Positions 40,731 through 52,600 of a stretch of DNA of 64,000 nt are shown here, in pieces; the stretch's first letter is position 1; every line of letters begins with the position of its first letter. The notes below the pieces were generated by a model. The model was not told the DNA's origin. It did not search any database and saw only the letters and a list, made by a program, of their open reading frames with translations. The stretch is from Perna viridis (lineage: Eukaryota). The position numbers were made by a program, and so were the translations under genes. The stretch lies in NCBI GenBank assembly GCA_037379345.1, contig CM074520.1, forward strand, positions 5,642,001 to 5,706,000. The letters run 5' to 3'.

Positions 40731-43120
40731 CTATCTTTTTACCTTGTTTTCACAAAAAGGGATTTTCGCCCCCTAATTGCATCCCTACGAAAAAACTAAG
40801 CCATTTTTTAATATTGCACTAAATCTTGCCTAGTTATCATTTGACGTTAACCTGTAGTGACCAATTATTTCTAATGCTAGTCGGTTTAATGGTACATTGT
40901 ATTTGCATTCATTTATACGTTCTGAGCTACTTTTCAGGATCTGCGAGCATTCTTTAAGTGGATTCCTATTTTGTCTATATGGTTTAGGTTGAAGTATTTC
41001 ATGGAGATAATGAGAGAATTTTATGGTATTTTCGTTGTTTCAGTTCATTTTTTACATTACATTAATTTAAGCGCACCACAGACATGCAGTCAAGAGATGT
41101 TGGTCACTAATGTATCTTGGTGTCGTTATTTTACTCTTTAGTAATAAAAAGATTGAACTTACATTTTTGTCAGTTTTTTTTTTGACGATTACTGAGAATT
41201 ATATACCAACTGAAGTCAGTGCAACGGCCATGCTGCTTATTTCAGTTTGATTTCATTACTCGTATCAATGCATGTACCTTTGTTTCGAGAAAGGTCAGAG
41301 TTCAAGGTGCTAGTATTTGATACATTAGTGTACCTTAAACTATCATAGGAATCTGTATACTACATATTTAACCACAGTCTTGCCTTTTTAAATATTTAGT
41401 CTTAAAATATTGAATACAATCATAATTTTGTTGTTTGTTTTTACTACCTGCAATTGTCGTTTTTAGTTTTCTTTAAAAAAGAAACAACTCAAAACTCAGT
41501 AGAGATTTACCTCCATTCCATATTTTTTTAACAAAATTCCATGTCAAGCTAGCTGATTTTTCTATCTGGCAGATAAAAATGTTGTATTTCATCAACAAAC
41601 ATTACCATTGGGGCATACTTATTTTGTTACATACTACTATGCATAAAACAGTTGTTTCTTTTAACAATACATGTTGTAGATACTATTAAATAATTGGGAA
41701 GTCCAATTGTACCGTCAATTCAGTATCCGTTTTCCAAGTTATTGAGGAGAATTCAGTTTTGTTGACATTGCAGTGTTTTTGTTTTTGGTTTTTTATGGGG
41801 GGTAGGGGGGTGGTTAATGTCATTTTCGCAGTGTGCGATTATTTTCATGAGTAATATTTTTCTTATAAGAGCTTGTTTATATCCAACGATTTTCCGAGTT
41901 TTTCTTTATCAATTTAGATCGAAGACCAGAATTGATATAGCAGTCGCAGGAGCTTCCAGATTTATAAAGCCTAATAGCATCTCCTTCTTTATCAGAATAG
42001 TGCATTAACCATTAACAACAATAAACTTGTATTTAGATACATTTTGATTCGACCCCCGTACTTTCCTTTTTTTCTTTCATGCATTTTTTACAATTTTGAT
42101 GATTATTCGAGGCATAAAAATTCAAGCGATCGATATAAATTGATTCAGTACATGATTACTTGATTTAGGGTCATTTGTGTTCATCGATTTTCGACTTTTT
42201 AAAAGTTGGTTCTGTCCACTTGTATTCGACCTTTTTTATGGGTTTATTTTTGTCTATTAGTATTCGACCCTTTAAAAGGCTTTGTTTTTTTTTGTTTTTT
42301 TTTGTCCATTGGTTTTCGATGTCTATTTTTTTACGTTTGTTCTCGTTTTTTTTTTTCATCATTATTTTAAATATTGAGTAAACTGTGTTTCCCATGATAA
42401 AACTTTTCAATGACTTGTCAAGAAAGTCGGCTGTTTGGTTTTAGGACTTTGAATTTTTAGTTTGTAATGATTGCACAACCAACGAGTAGAAATCACTCGA
42501 ATGAAGAAATTCAATTTTAAATATTTTATTTACATAGCATAGCACTGATTCATAATTTGTCAATAAATTAATTATTTTACAATAATACTATACAAAACAG
42601 TACACATTATCTGCATAACCACAACAACAAAAACAAACAGGAAAGAAAGAAAGTGTGAAGAAGTGAAAAGACAGAAATGCCATCTTAACATATTGCCATA
42701 TTGCACTTTATCATAACATGAGGTCGCTTGTGTCCTATGTACATACATAAAAGCACTAAGAATTAATGACTATCTCATTGTCCCAACTCTCTACTTCTGC
42801 TATCTTACTCAATCTCTCAAATAAAATATTACAAAGAATGAAAACAAGCGACTTACTTTTAAAAAAGTACAATTTTCAATACACGTTATGAACTAAACTG
42901 ATAAAAATATTTTTTTCAATTATTCTTATATTAGCTTTAAAATACTCCTTTCTCAACGCCAAGCTCACACACTACAAACACTTACATCAAATTTCATGCA
43001 GTTTTTAACATTCATATATCTACCCGTAAAATTGTGTAAATACAAATAATTGTCTTTGTCAAATATCACATGTAAAGTTCGTGAACACATTTGTGGATAT
43101 ATTGTCACTAATTTAATGCA

Positions 43121-46100
43121 CTACAGGTTAGCAAGGGTGTGGATCTGTGTTGTGTCTTTCTGACGGAAGCTCTCGCTAAAACGACGCAACTTCTTGGCAA
43201 CAGCACGCTTGTCCATGAGGTGGACCTCGGGTGAAGGAGTCATAAACAGCTTCTTCTTGGTAACAGGTTCACTGTGAATAGATGATGGTCTACGCTGGGG
43301 TGTAGATGCAATGTTCTCGGTGCTCTTAGGCTTGCGGCGGAAACGGAACAACTTCCAGAGTGGTATGATGCCCTTGGGTTTCTTGAAGAGTTGGTTTTCT
43401 TTTGGTGATGTTGACCGGACTGATGAAGGCGGTGCTGGTGGCATACACTGGATCTCGGTCTCACTGACTGGGCTGGCCCTGGATGAGTAAGGTGAGTTGT
43501 TAGGAGCAAAAACACCAGTACTGCTGTAGCTGTGTGGACTGTCAGTGAGGAGGGAGTCAATCATGGCTTGAGTGTTGTGTGTCTCGTTACTGTTTGGTGG
43601 ACTGGTGTGACTACCACTAGAACTAGACTTGCCTGGGATGGCTGGACGATCATCTAGGGATGATGAGTGGGTACTAGCTGAAGAATTGGGAACACTCTGG
43701 ACATTGTCATTCTCTGAAGTCAGGACGCTGACCATGTCTGGCATTGATGCTCGGCGGGCTTCCATGGAACTACCACTGGACTTGTTACCATTCAGGTCAG
43801 TACGAGTGCTGGTACGTGGCAGGGTCTTTGCCTTGTTGTAGAAAGTGACTTCTTCGTACAGGCTGTCAGTGACAAGGTCTTGCTGCTGGGTGGCAGGTAC
43901 AATCATGGATAGGGTGTCATTGCAGGTAGTCTCGACTAGACTGGTACCACAGCTGGATGGAAGGACTTTCTTAGTAGGCAGAGGTGGCTTGCTGGAGATC
44001 CTGTTGATGTTGCGGTAGTAGGATTCTTCAAGTGGCAGCTCTTCAGAACCCTCTTTGATGGACCAGCAGTACACAGAATCCATGTCATCAGTAGAGGAGT
44101 GTGGTCTACAGGATGACGAAGTGGGATCTTCAATCATGGTAGAGGAAGCCCTAGGTATGGAACTGGTACGGTGCTTACTACTGCCACTGCTCTGTGATGA
44201 TGGAGAGAAGTCTTCTATCATGGTTGATGATGCCTGAGGGATGGAGATGCTGCGACGACTACCCTGTGATGAACTAGTACGGTTACGCTGAGCACGACTG
44301 ATGCGCTTTACCCTGTGATGGCGAGGTGATGGTGATGAGCAGTTGGAACTGGTAGAGCGAGTGCTAGAACGAGGTGGTGGTGCAAAACCAGGTGGGATGT
44401 ATTCGGACTCACAACCAATGACTTCTCTAGTGAAGAGCTCCTCAGTGTCAGCTGCAGTGTTGTTGTGGTAGATTACTGGTGTGTTGGTAAGGCGGGCTGT
44501 CATGTTGTTAATCTTGGTCTGACGGTCAACAGTGAAGTCACCATAGTAGTGGAGTCTGGAAAGCAGCTCTTCTTGACGGTCGTCTATGTCTGGTACACAC
44601 TGGTTGTCGTCTGAAGACTCTGACTCAGTAGACCTAGGGTAACCGCTGGAACCATTACTAGCATTGCTGATGTCAGAGGATGATGGCTCTGGTTGGTCGA
44701 TGTTTGGTACCAGGTTGGTTGGTGAGACTGGCTTTGGTGATGGTATGTAGTTACTGTTATTGTCGATGATCAGGGTCATAGCCGAGTCTTCGTAAATGCT
44801 CTCGCTGCTGAGTGAGTTGATGGAAACCAGAGGCCCCTGAAGCATCTTCTGCAGTAGGACATCTTCGTCACAGGAAGTGGTGTCTAGGCAGGTGATGGCT
44901 GGTGTGTTACGCTGGAGGAAGGAAGGAGTTGGTGGATTGTTAAGCTGCTGGTTGGTTGGGTACTCGCTTGGTTCCAACCCAATATCTGAGATGAGGGAGT
45001 TGAACTTCTGGTTTATCTCATCTATATCTGTCTGCAAGGCAGTCTCTTGTCGTTTAATGGCTAACTGTAAAATAAGATTAATATTGGATTAGATATAAAG
45101 AAACTTTAAAAGATCACATTCTTAATTTAAGTTCTGAATTTCTTTGAAATTCAGATCAATTTTGGTATACAGACATCTTACAAGCATTCAATTTGCTACT
45201 ACAAGTAAATATTAATGTAGATGAATATTCTTCATTCAGGTCAGTTAGTTTGTATTATAAAAAAATTTAAAAAATATTATTATAAGAAATGAAATACAAA
45301 TAAAATAACTATACATAAATTTGAAATACAAATACAACATGTATTCAATTATACTAAAAAATCACCATATTTTTATGTACATGTAGTTCACAACATTTTT
45401 TTGTATTTTAAACTCAATTTGGACATAATGCCCTGATCAATAGTGTAAGATGAACCTACTAAGTCATTCCTGTACAAGTTTATAAGGATTGATATTTTGT
45501 AATAGAACATTTTTATACCTAAAGTGAAGACCATACACTACTCTTCTGATATATCAAGAAGAAACATCAAAGAAATAAACTATTGAAGTTTCTGGTTCTA
45601 ACTATGGCAGGTAAGTAGAAAATTCAATTTTTGCCTCTGCTGAATAAAAGCTTTCAATAAGACTTCTACAGGCAAGATTCATGACCATCTTTAATATTTT
45701 TAAATCTTGGCTTTTATATCGAAGTAACACTTAAAACCAAACGTGTGTAATTCAGGTAAGATATGGCCATATGACCTTTATATACTTTTAAATAAAATGT
45801 CCATCAAATCTCATCTCTATAATACAAGGGATGAAACTCTTAATATATACCCAGGTTGCTTGGCAAGATAACTCCTTAGTTGTAAAGAGATAAAGGCAGT
45901 GTCTGAACCAGAAATTTCATTTAACAAAATGAAGTTAATTGACCTACCATATCAGCTTGAAGCATGAGGTACATCTCTTCATGATCAAGATGGTCTGAAA
46001 CATCGGAGTCCATACCAGTTTCCATCCAGTCTGAAAAACATAAGGGAGCATAACATAAGTCTAGAGTCACAATCAAACAAGTTGTACTAGATGTTACAAA

Positions 46101-46642
46101 AAATAACAACGTTATCCCAACTGCTACATTGTAGGACTAGTCATTTGTACAATTTGATATAGTTGCATGCACTTTACATGCCATCATACAAGTATAAATC
46201 AGAAATACCATCATTCTATCAAAGCAGATATCAATGTCCACACAGCATCTAAATCACAGTTTGTCAACAGAGTGTAATCTAACATTACATTTATTGAGAA
46301 TTTATGTGTTGTAGTTTATTATAATTCTCATGAATTTTTAAACATGTTATAAAATGTAATTGTTAAATAGTTAATGGAGTTTGATCCCTAAATTAACAGC
46401 TTGCAAATATCTGATTTATGGCATTTCATCAAGATAGAAACTTTTATGTTTTTTATCTAAATTTTCTCTGGTTAATGTAAAAAAATAATTTCACATCAAA
46501 TTAGTAATAATGCATAATGCAATACAATTGCTGTAGAAATTTTGAAGGAAGTAGAACCATTAAATTAAGACATACCCCAAAGAGAGATATACATCCTCGG
46601 AGATGATCCTAAAGAATCACTTGAATATTCATAAAAATACAT
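43121..46642 (-). CDS. Cluster gene D: longest paralog, about 697 aa, Ser/Pro-rich and disordered, with an N-terminal helical/coiled-coil segment
   Basis: Exons 46642-46576 (phase 1, GTATGT), 46030-45948 (phase 0, GTAGGT), 45064-43121, all in frame: MYFYEYSSDSLGSSPRMYISLW|DWMETGMDSDVSDHLDHEEMYLMLQADM|LAIKRQETALQTDIDEINQKF.... Ends DKRAVAKKLRRFSESFRQKDTTQIHTLANL. TATATAAAAA at 46708-46699; AATAAA at about 42530. Confidence 0.92.
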
Positions 46643-49600
46643 TTGGTGTGTAATATCCAAAACTTATTTAAAACAAAAACTTGACCCATGAACCCTTGTT
46701 TTTATATATGGTCCCATAGTTTGTGAACCATTATATCCATCTGCTGTTCACACAGCCAGCAGATTGTCTAACACCTTTTCCAGTATAATTTCATACCTTA
46801 AATCCACTTAATTTTCAAATTATCTGATGTTAAAAGTTACACCAATTAAAAAAAACACTAGTTTGTAGTTCTCATACCACTGTAATATTAATAACCCATT
46901 CATAGCCTAACTGATCTAATTGTCAACTAATTGACCACACTTCTGGGAGAATACAAAAGTTAGCCCTAATCCTATGAAGTGTGATGGCATCCATTAATTT
47001 TGGTGTCAAACCTTTTTTACCCCCATTTACAGTAACAGTTTAGGTGTTTGTTTAGTTTCTGTCAATATGCTAATCAGAGGAACTCTTTTGTAAAGAAGGG
47101 TGGAATATTACTGGTTTTCAGATTTCAATTTGATGTATTGCCTCAGAGGTTTTTTTTCTGAAGAGTTTTATCCCCTTAACAATACTTTAACCACTACTAT
47201 TTACATAGCAGTGTTTGGTGTTTTAAGACACACAAAAGATTTCTAAAAGCTGTCAGCTAAATTGTCACTATCCTTTGTGTTCTGGTAACTTCTTAATTTA
47301 AGGTGCTGTGTCTACTAAAACTTTTATTCTTTTCTATAAATTACAACAGAAGGTTCAGTAAGGCATTTTTTCATGATATAAAAAAAAAATACAGACAGAC
47401 AGATGCAGCAGAAAATTGTTGTGGACTAGTAACACTGTTACATAATGTTCCATAGTATTGAGTAGTATTGAAATTAAATACAAGTTTACAATCAATATTG
47501 TCCCATTGAATGAATGGAATTTGATATAATTTCTCAATTTATTGAAATTAAATACAAATTTACAACTAGTTTCAAGCTGTTTCTAAACCAACATTTCATA
47601 TAATGTTTTGAAAGATTACAATGGATTACATGTTAACAATCTGTTTAAAATCTTTCATTGACCCAGTTCTGATGTAATTGTGGAAAACTTTTTAATAAAA
47701 AATGTCTACAATCTGTTGATATTTCCACAGTGGGGATGACTTTGTTTGTATTAGGCTAAAGTTGGACTGATAAATTCTTACACATCATTTAATCACATTT
47801 AACTTTTAATGAATGAGTAAATCAAAGTCAATTTGTTCTGGAATTTTCTCCAAAGGGATGTCTTCTAATTTAAATTTTAAATAAGGTTAGCTTATTTGCA
47901 TAGTATTATTAGCTGTATGATAAACTACAGGAGACCAAAGAAAAAACTTCCTGTCACAGGACTTAAAAATACTATGAAAGTACTTCATACCAGGGATGCA
48001 GGACAGATGTTCACCAAATCTGCACTTTGAATGGACTTATTTCAAGGTGACCCAATATTGCTGAGTCAACAGAAATGCTAAGCAGGTGAAAATGATATGT
48101 GGCTGGAAATTGTCAATGGACAAAGGACATGGGCACAAGACACACCTTATTGATGAATATTTGATGAAGTCCATGACAATTCCTTCACCCTAACACAAAT
48201 ACTGATAGACCATTGGCGGATTAAAAAAAAATCTTAAATTCAGATTTGCTTAACTTACGATCACTAGAAATTGAAGATTTGAGGAAAAACTCAGGATTTG
48301 GGGAAATTATCAACCTGATTTTTGTTATAGTATAAAACCAAGGCCAGGTATGATTTGTTTCCAGAAACCTAATAGAGTTGGAATTTGGATAAAAGTCCTA
48401 GTACAATTATCAATAAATGTTAGTCTCTATAAAATTTGGAATAAAGTCAACACCATTAAAGTAATTTCATACAAATTGATTTCTTGAATTAAATCTTGAG
48501 TAATATATCTTACACATTTACAATTAAGATAGAATTTTAGATAGAATACAAACAAATGCTGGAAATTTACCAAATTTTATAATAATAAGACTTGCATATT
48601 TCTACATTTAAATACTTTTCCTATTTCATAACTTTATGAAATAAAATGAAGTAAACTTGCTCTACCTGTAAACTGTGCCACCAGCCTCTGCATCTATTAG
48701 TAATTAATGTGATGTTGTTCCTTTGAAATTTACCCAAGGTATGATAGTTTTTACAGGTATGCACAGGTAAGTTACAGGTAAGAGTCAATTGGATGTTAAT
48801 TGTTTTCTCTTTCATCCTTAATTAACTGATGAAATATTTAAACTCAGTAAATTCAGTAGCCCTATAATCTCTCTCTAATAAAAATTTCAGGGGGGTTTAA
48901 TTGTTTAACAAGTGTCTGTTAAATTCATTAAGGTAAAGATGTGACTTAACCATGCTGAGACAAATAATTAGATAACTGGACTTTAGATTATAGATATGGA
49001 AATATCATTCTAAAATTTTATAACTCATCACTTATGCATTTGGTTGATGTATGAATTTGAAATTTTATTCAAGAGGCAGAAAACAGAATACTAAGTTGAT
49101 ACAGAAGAAGAAAACCACTTAATGATCAAATGTAAGAATGAACTGCTATTAAACTAAAAATACCTTGTACAACAAAGAACAATGGATCCTGAAGGTAATC
49201 ATAAACATTGCAGCTCTCCAAAGACCTACCCAACACCATTATAATAGGCTTCTATCGCCACATTTACAATTTGTCTTCATGATGAAACATGTTATATACA
49301 GTCACATGTTTAATTAATGAGATTTGTATGTAGAGATAGGGGACTGTTAAAAAAACTAATGTAATTCCAAATCAAAACAATTCAGTAGATAAGGGACAAT
49401 ACTTGAATCTTAGCAGCTGGACACAGGTGTAATAAAACAACAGTATACTATTGTCCAGTCCTGTTGTATACATCTACTTTATCTGGGTGTTCAAACATAG
49501 TTTGTTTACATTTTGTTCTTTCCAATTGAATTAAAATTGGACACAGATTGATTCCCAATCCACTTTAAAAAGATCTAGATAATTGGATAGGTATTTTACA

Positions 49601-52600
49601 AACAAGGGTATTTACCAGGTAATTGTATTATACACTAAACCTATTGTAGTCCATTCCAATGTTTAAAGAATATTCTATTACAAATTAATTATGATATTCA
49701 GTAATTCAATCAATGTTTTAGCTGAACATATGGCATCAAAGAAATCTGGTTATTTGGCATACAATAAGTAAATGAGATGCATCTTCTAAGGCCAAGAAAT
49801 TTCCCATGAGAATGCATACCACTTTGGCATTGATTTGATAGTATTGCATCATTAGGTGTCAAATATTGTGAGAGACTGGACATATCTAAATAGGAAACAG
49901 ATGCAAAACTGTTGTCAAAAGAAATAAATGGGGATCGTGGTTTGTGGAACATCCAGTTTTTTTGGCATTTTAGAGTCATTAAAATCCCTTTATCTTTTTA
50001 GGTCTTATTTTTAAGTGCTTAAATTTATTTTTTAAGTCTAGAACATTATATTATCTCATAAACCCATCAAAAATCCTATTCTTAGTGTGATAAACTTAGT
50101 AATTATTTAACCATCAGACTCCTCAAAGGGCTAACAGGAAGTTTTTACATAAGGTTTTATTTTAAACAAATTTATTTGTCTGGTTTTTGCTTTTATTATG
50201 TCCTGTTTTTATTTCATCCCTTTGAACAACTGTTTGTATAATTATAAGCCTATTTGAACCATAAAATTGGATAAAGGAACAACTGAAATAGTTTTTTCAC
50301 TTAGACAAAAAAATTAAACCTTTAAAATCATATAATTGTGCCATAAATCACTCTTCTTTATCATAACCTTGTAGAACCCCTTTAAGTCAATGCAGACACA
50401 AACATCAGAATAATTCTATCTGATTCTGATATTATGAGAAAATTGCAATGTAAAGTTTATTATCCCAGTAATAATAATCAGATTGACCCTTAAGTAAAGA
50501 AACAATCAAATTCATTCTAAGTGATTTTCATGACATTGACTTAAAGTAAGTGTGAAGTGTTTGAGTTGCTGGGAACATTAGGTATGACCTTCAGAACAAA
50601 GGCCAAGATGTTGAAGTGACCATGATATACCTTTACAGAAACAATAAACACATTTCCCAGAAACACTCATAAACAAATTTGTTAAAAAAAAAATCAAAAA
50701 ATTGACCAGTTTTATAAATGCCATTGGCTAGTAATTCTGCATCACTTTTGAAAGACAAGTCTTAGATCATTAAGTTCAGTTTGACTAAATCTCAATTTTC
50801 CTTACAACTCCCCCCTTTTTCATGTTCAAGAGTGATCTAAATCTTCAAGGGTACGATGATACACACATCAACTCAATAAAAAAGATAGAAAGAGGAAGAA
50901 TTATGTGATGTAAATCTGACCAACCTACCAGACCTTTGCTTAGACAAGAAACCATTGTATTGTACAGTGGGCTTGTACATTTCTCTCCATTGTACAAAAA
51001 CAAAATACTGTCCTCCTCAAAGAACACTGAGCAATCCTCTTCATTACACTCAAACAGGAGCCAATTTTTCACACGATTAAAAGTTCCCTCTGCAATTTCC
51101 TTGGGTAACATTTTGCTATCATAATTTCAGTGAAATGAACTAAGACCCTGGCATGCCATAGATTATATAGGTGAACACTACTCAGTGGGTATAGAGTAAT
51201 GTTGATAGGGGCTGAGTTTATTTGGGTAAATCAGTCAATAATTACTTAATCAAGATCATGTTCTGACACCCAATAACAGGTAATGCAATGTTAATTTCAG
51301 GTAAAGTGTAGGTATATATGCACATGATTGCAATTTAATTCTTACTGATGTAAGAACAATGCATAGTTCAATTTCCATAAATAGATTTAGTGACATATCC
51401 CCAGATTTTGATTAATGCTATCTTATTCAATACCAAACAAATATTTCCCTAAGGCCTGCTCTAATTTTTGTCCAAATTATGAAAATTGTAATTATAATCT
51501 TTATTTACTCATAAACATCTTTATTTATGCACAAAACATATGTGAATTATTATTTATAGTTTACATGGTCATTGTTTCTTATAGTTTTTAACCCATGACA
51601 TAGACCATTTCAATTTGTCCAGCCTACAACCATGTCATCCATCAAGTGCATTAACAAGGCTTGTTAAAAAAATGAAATATTTCATTCAGTACTGTATCAA
51701 CATTTTTTCTCAATAATTCAACAACAGAAATTTCTCATGGAAATTATTAATTGGTCCTCAGTCAAATCTGATTAAATTTTGGTCTTTCTTTCAAAAATGT
51801 CAAAGCTCAAGATGACACTTCTGAACGAAAAAGGAGAGAAATCTTCCCAAGCTCTGATCATTCAAAAAATGAAGCATAAAAAAAAGTTTCTATAAAATAA
51901 TCATAAAATAACATTATGGGTTTAAATGAAAAATTATAGAATAAGAAGATAAAACCATAATCTGCCAATTTATGTAAATATTTTGACCAATGACACCATT
52001 GTTGACTCTTTTACAATCAAAACATTGAGATAATAACTTCATTTTTATGACACAAGTTGGACAAGGTTAGCAGATTTATGCCCCTTGTATAACATGTAAA
52101 AACAGAACCAAACAAAAATTTTTATCAATGGAAAAAATCTAATATCATAATTGTCCCAATTTGACATTTCCTCAGGATTTTTTTACAATTGTGTCAATAA
52201 AAAAAAATTCAATCTAAATAAAAAAATAAAATAATTTTCCTTATGAAACAAATTGTCTTCAACTTACCAGATAAAAAGTGCCCTTTCTCCTGTCTGCACA
52301 TGATAAACTCCTTACTCACTTCATTGTTTTCTTATCAGTTTTACATGTCAAATTCATTAATTCCTAATCATAATTGTTACAAACATGTGCAAACACTTGT
52401 TTCAAAATCCTTTCAAATGTACAACTTTATGTTGAGGTCAGAGGTGAAAGTGACATAGCAATAGCTTTGTGATCACTTAGACCAAAATAAATAGAATGGA
52501 GTTGACCACTCAACACATTGATCCACTGGTGTGTGTCTTATCAGAAGACATTCAACTGAGAAATTTCCTCACATTCACTCCCTAGACAGTTTAATTATTT

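Noticed and set aside
43121-43135. C-terminal -ANL as a peroxisomal PTS1 (catalase-like KANL)
   Set aside because: Paralogs end -AML and -ATL, the preceding residue is Leu rather than Lys, and the conserved part is [IL]xTLAxL. This fits another C-terminal ligand (PDZ/TPR type) better. Not formally excluded.
24880-45064. Assigning the paralogs to Bearded, Cip/Kip, Emi1 or Ripply families
   Set aside because: The diagnostic motifs are absent: NxANExL, the CDI domain following RxLF, F-box/ZBR, and WRPW.
43240-45092. Overlapping short ORFs within gene D (and similar ones within A, B and C)
   Set aside because: Shadow frames of the real coding exons, with no independent signals.
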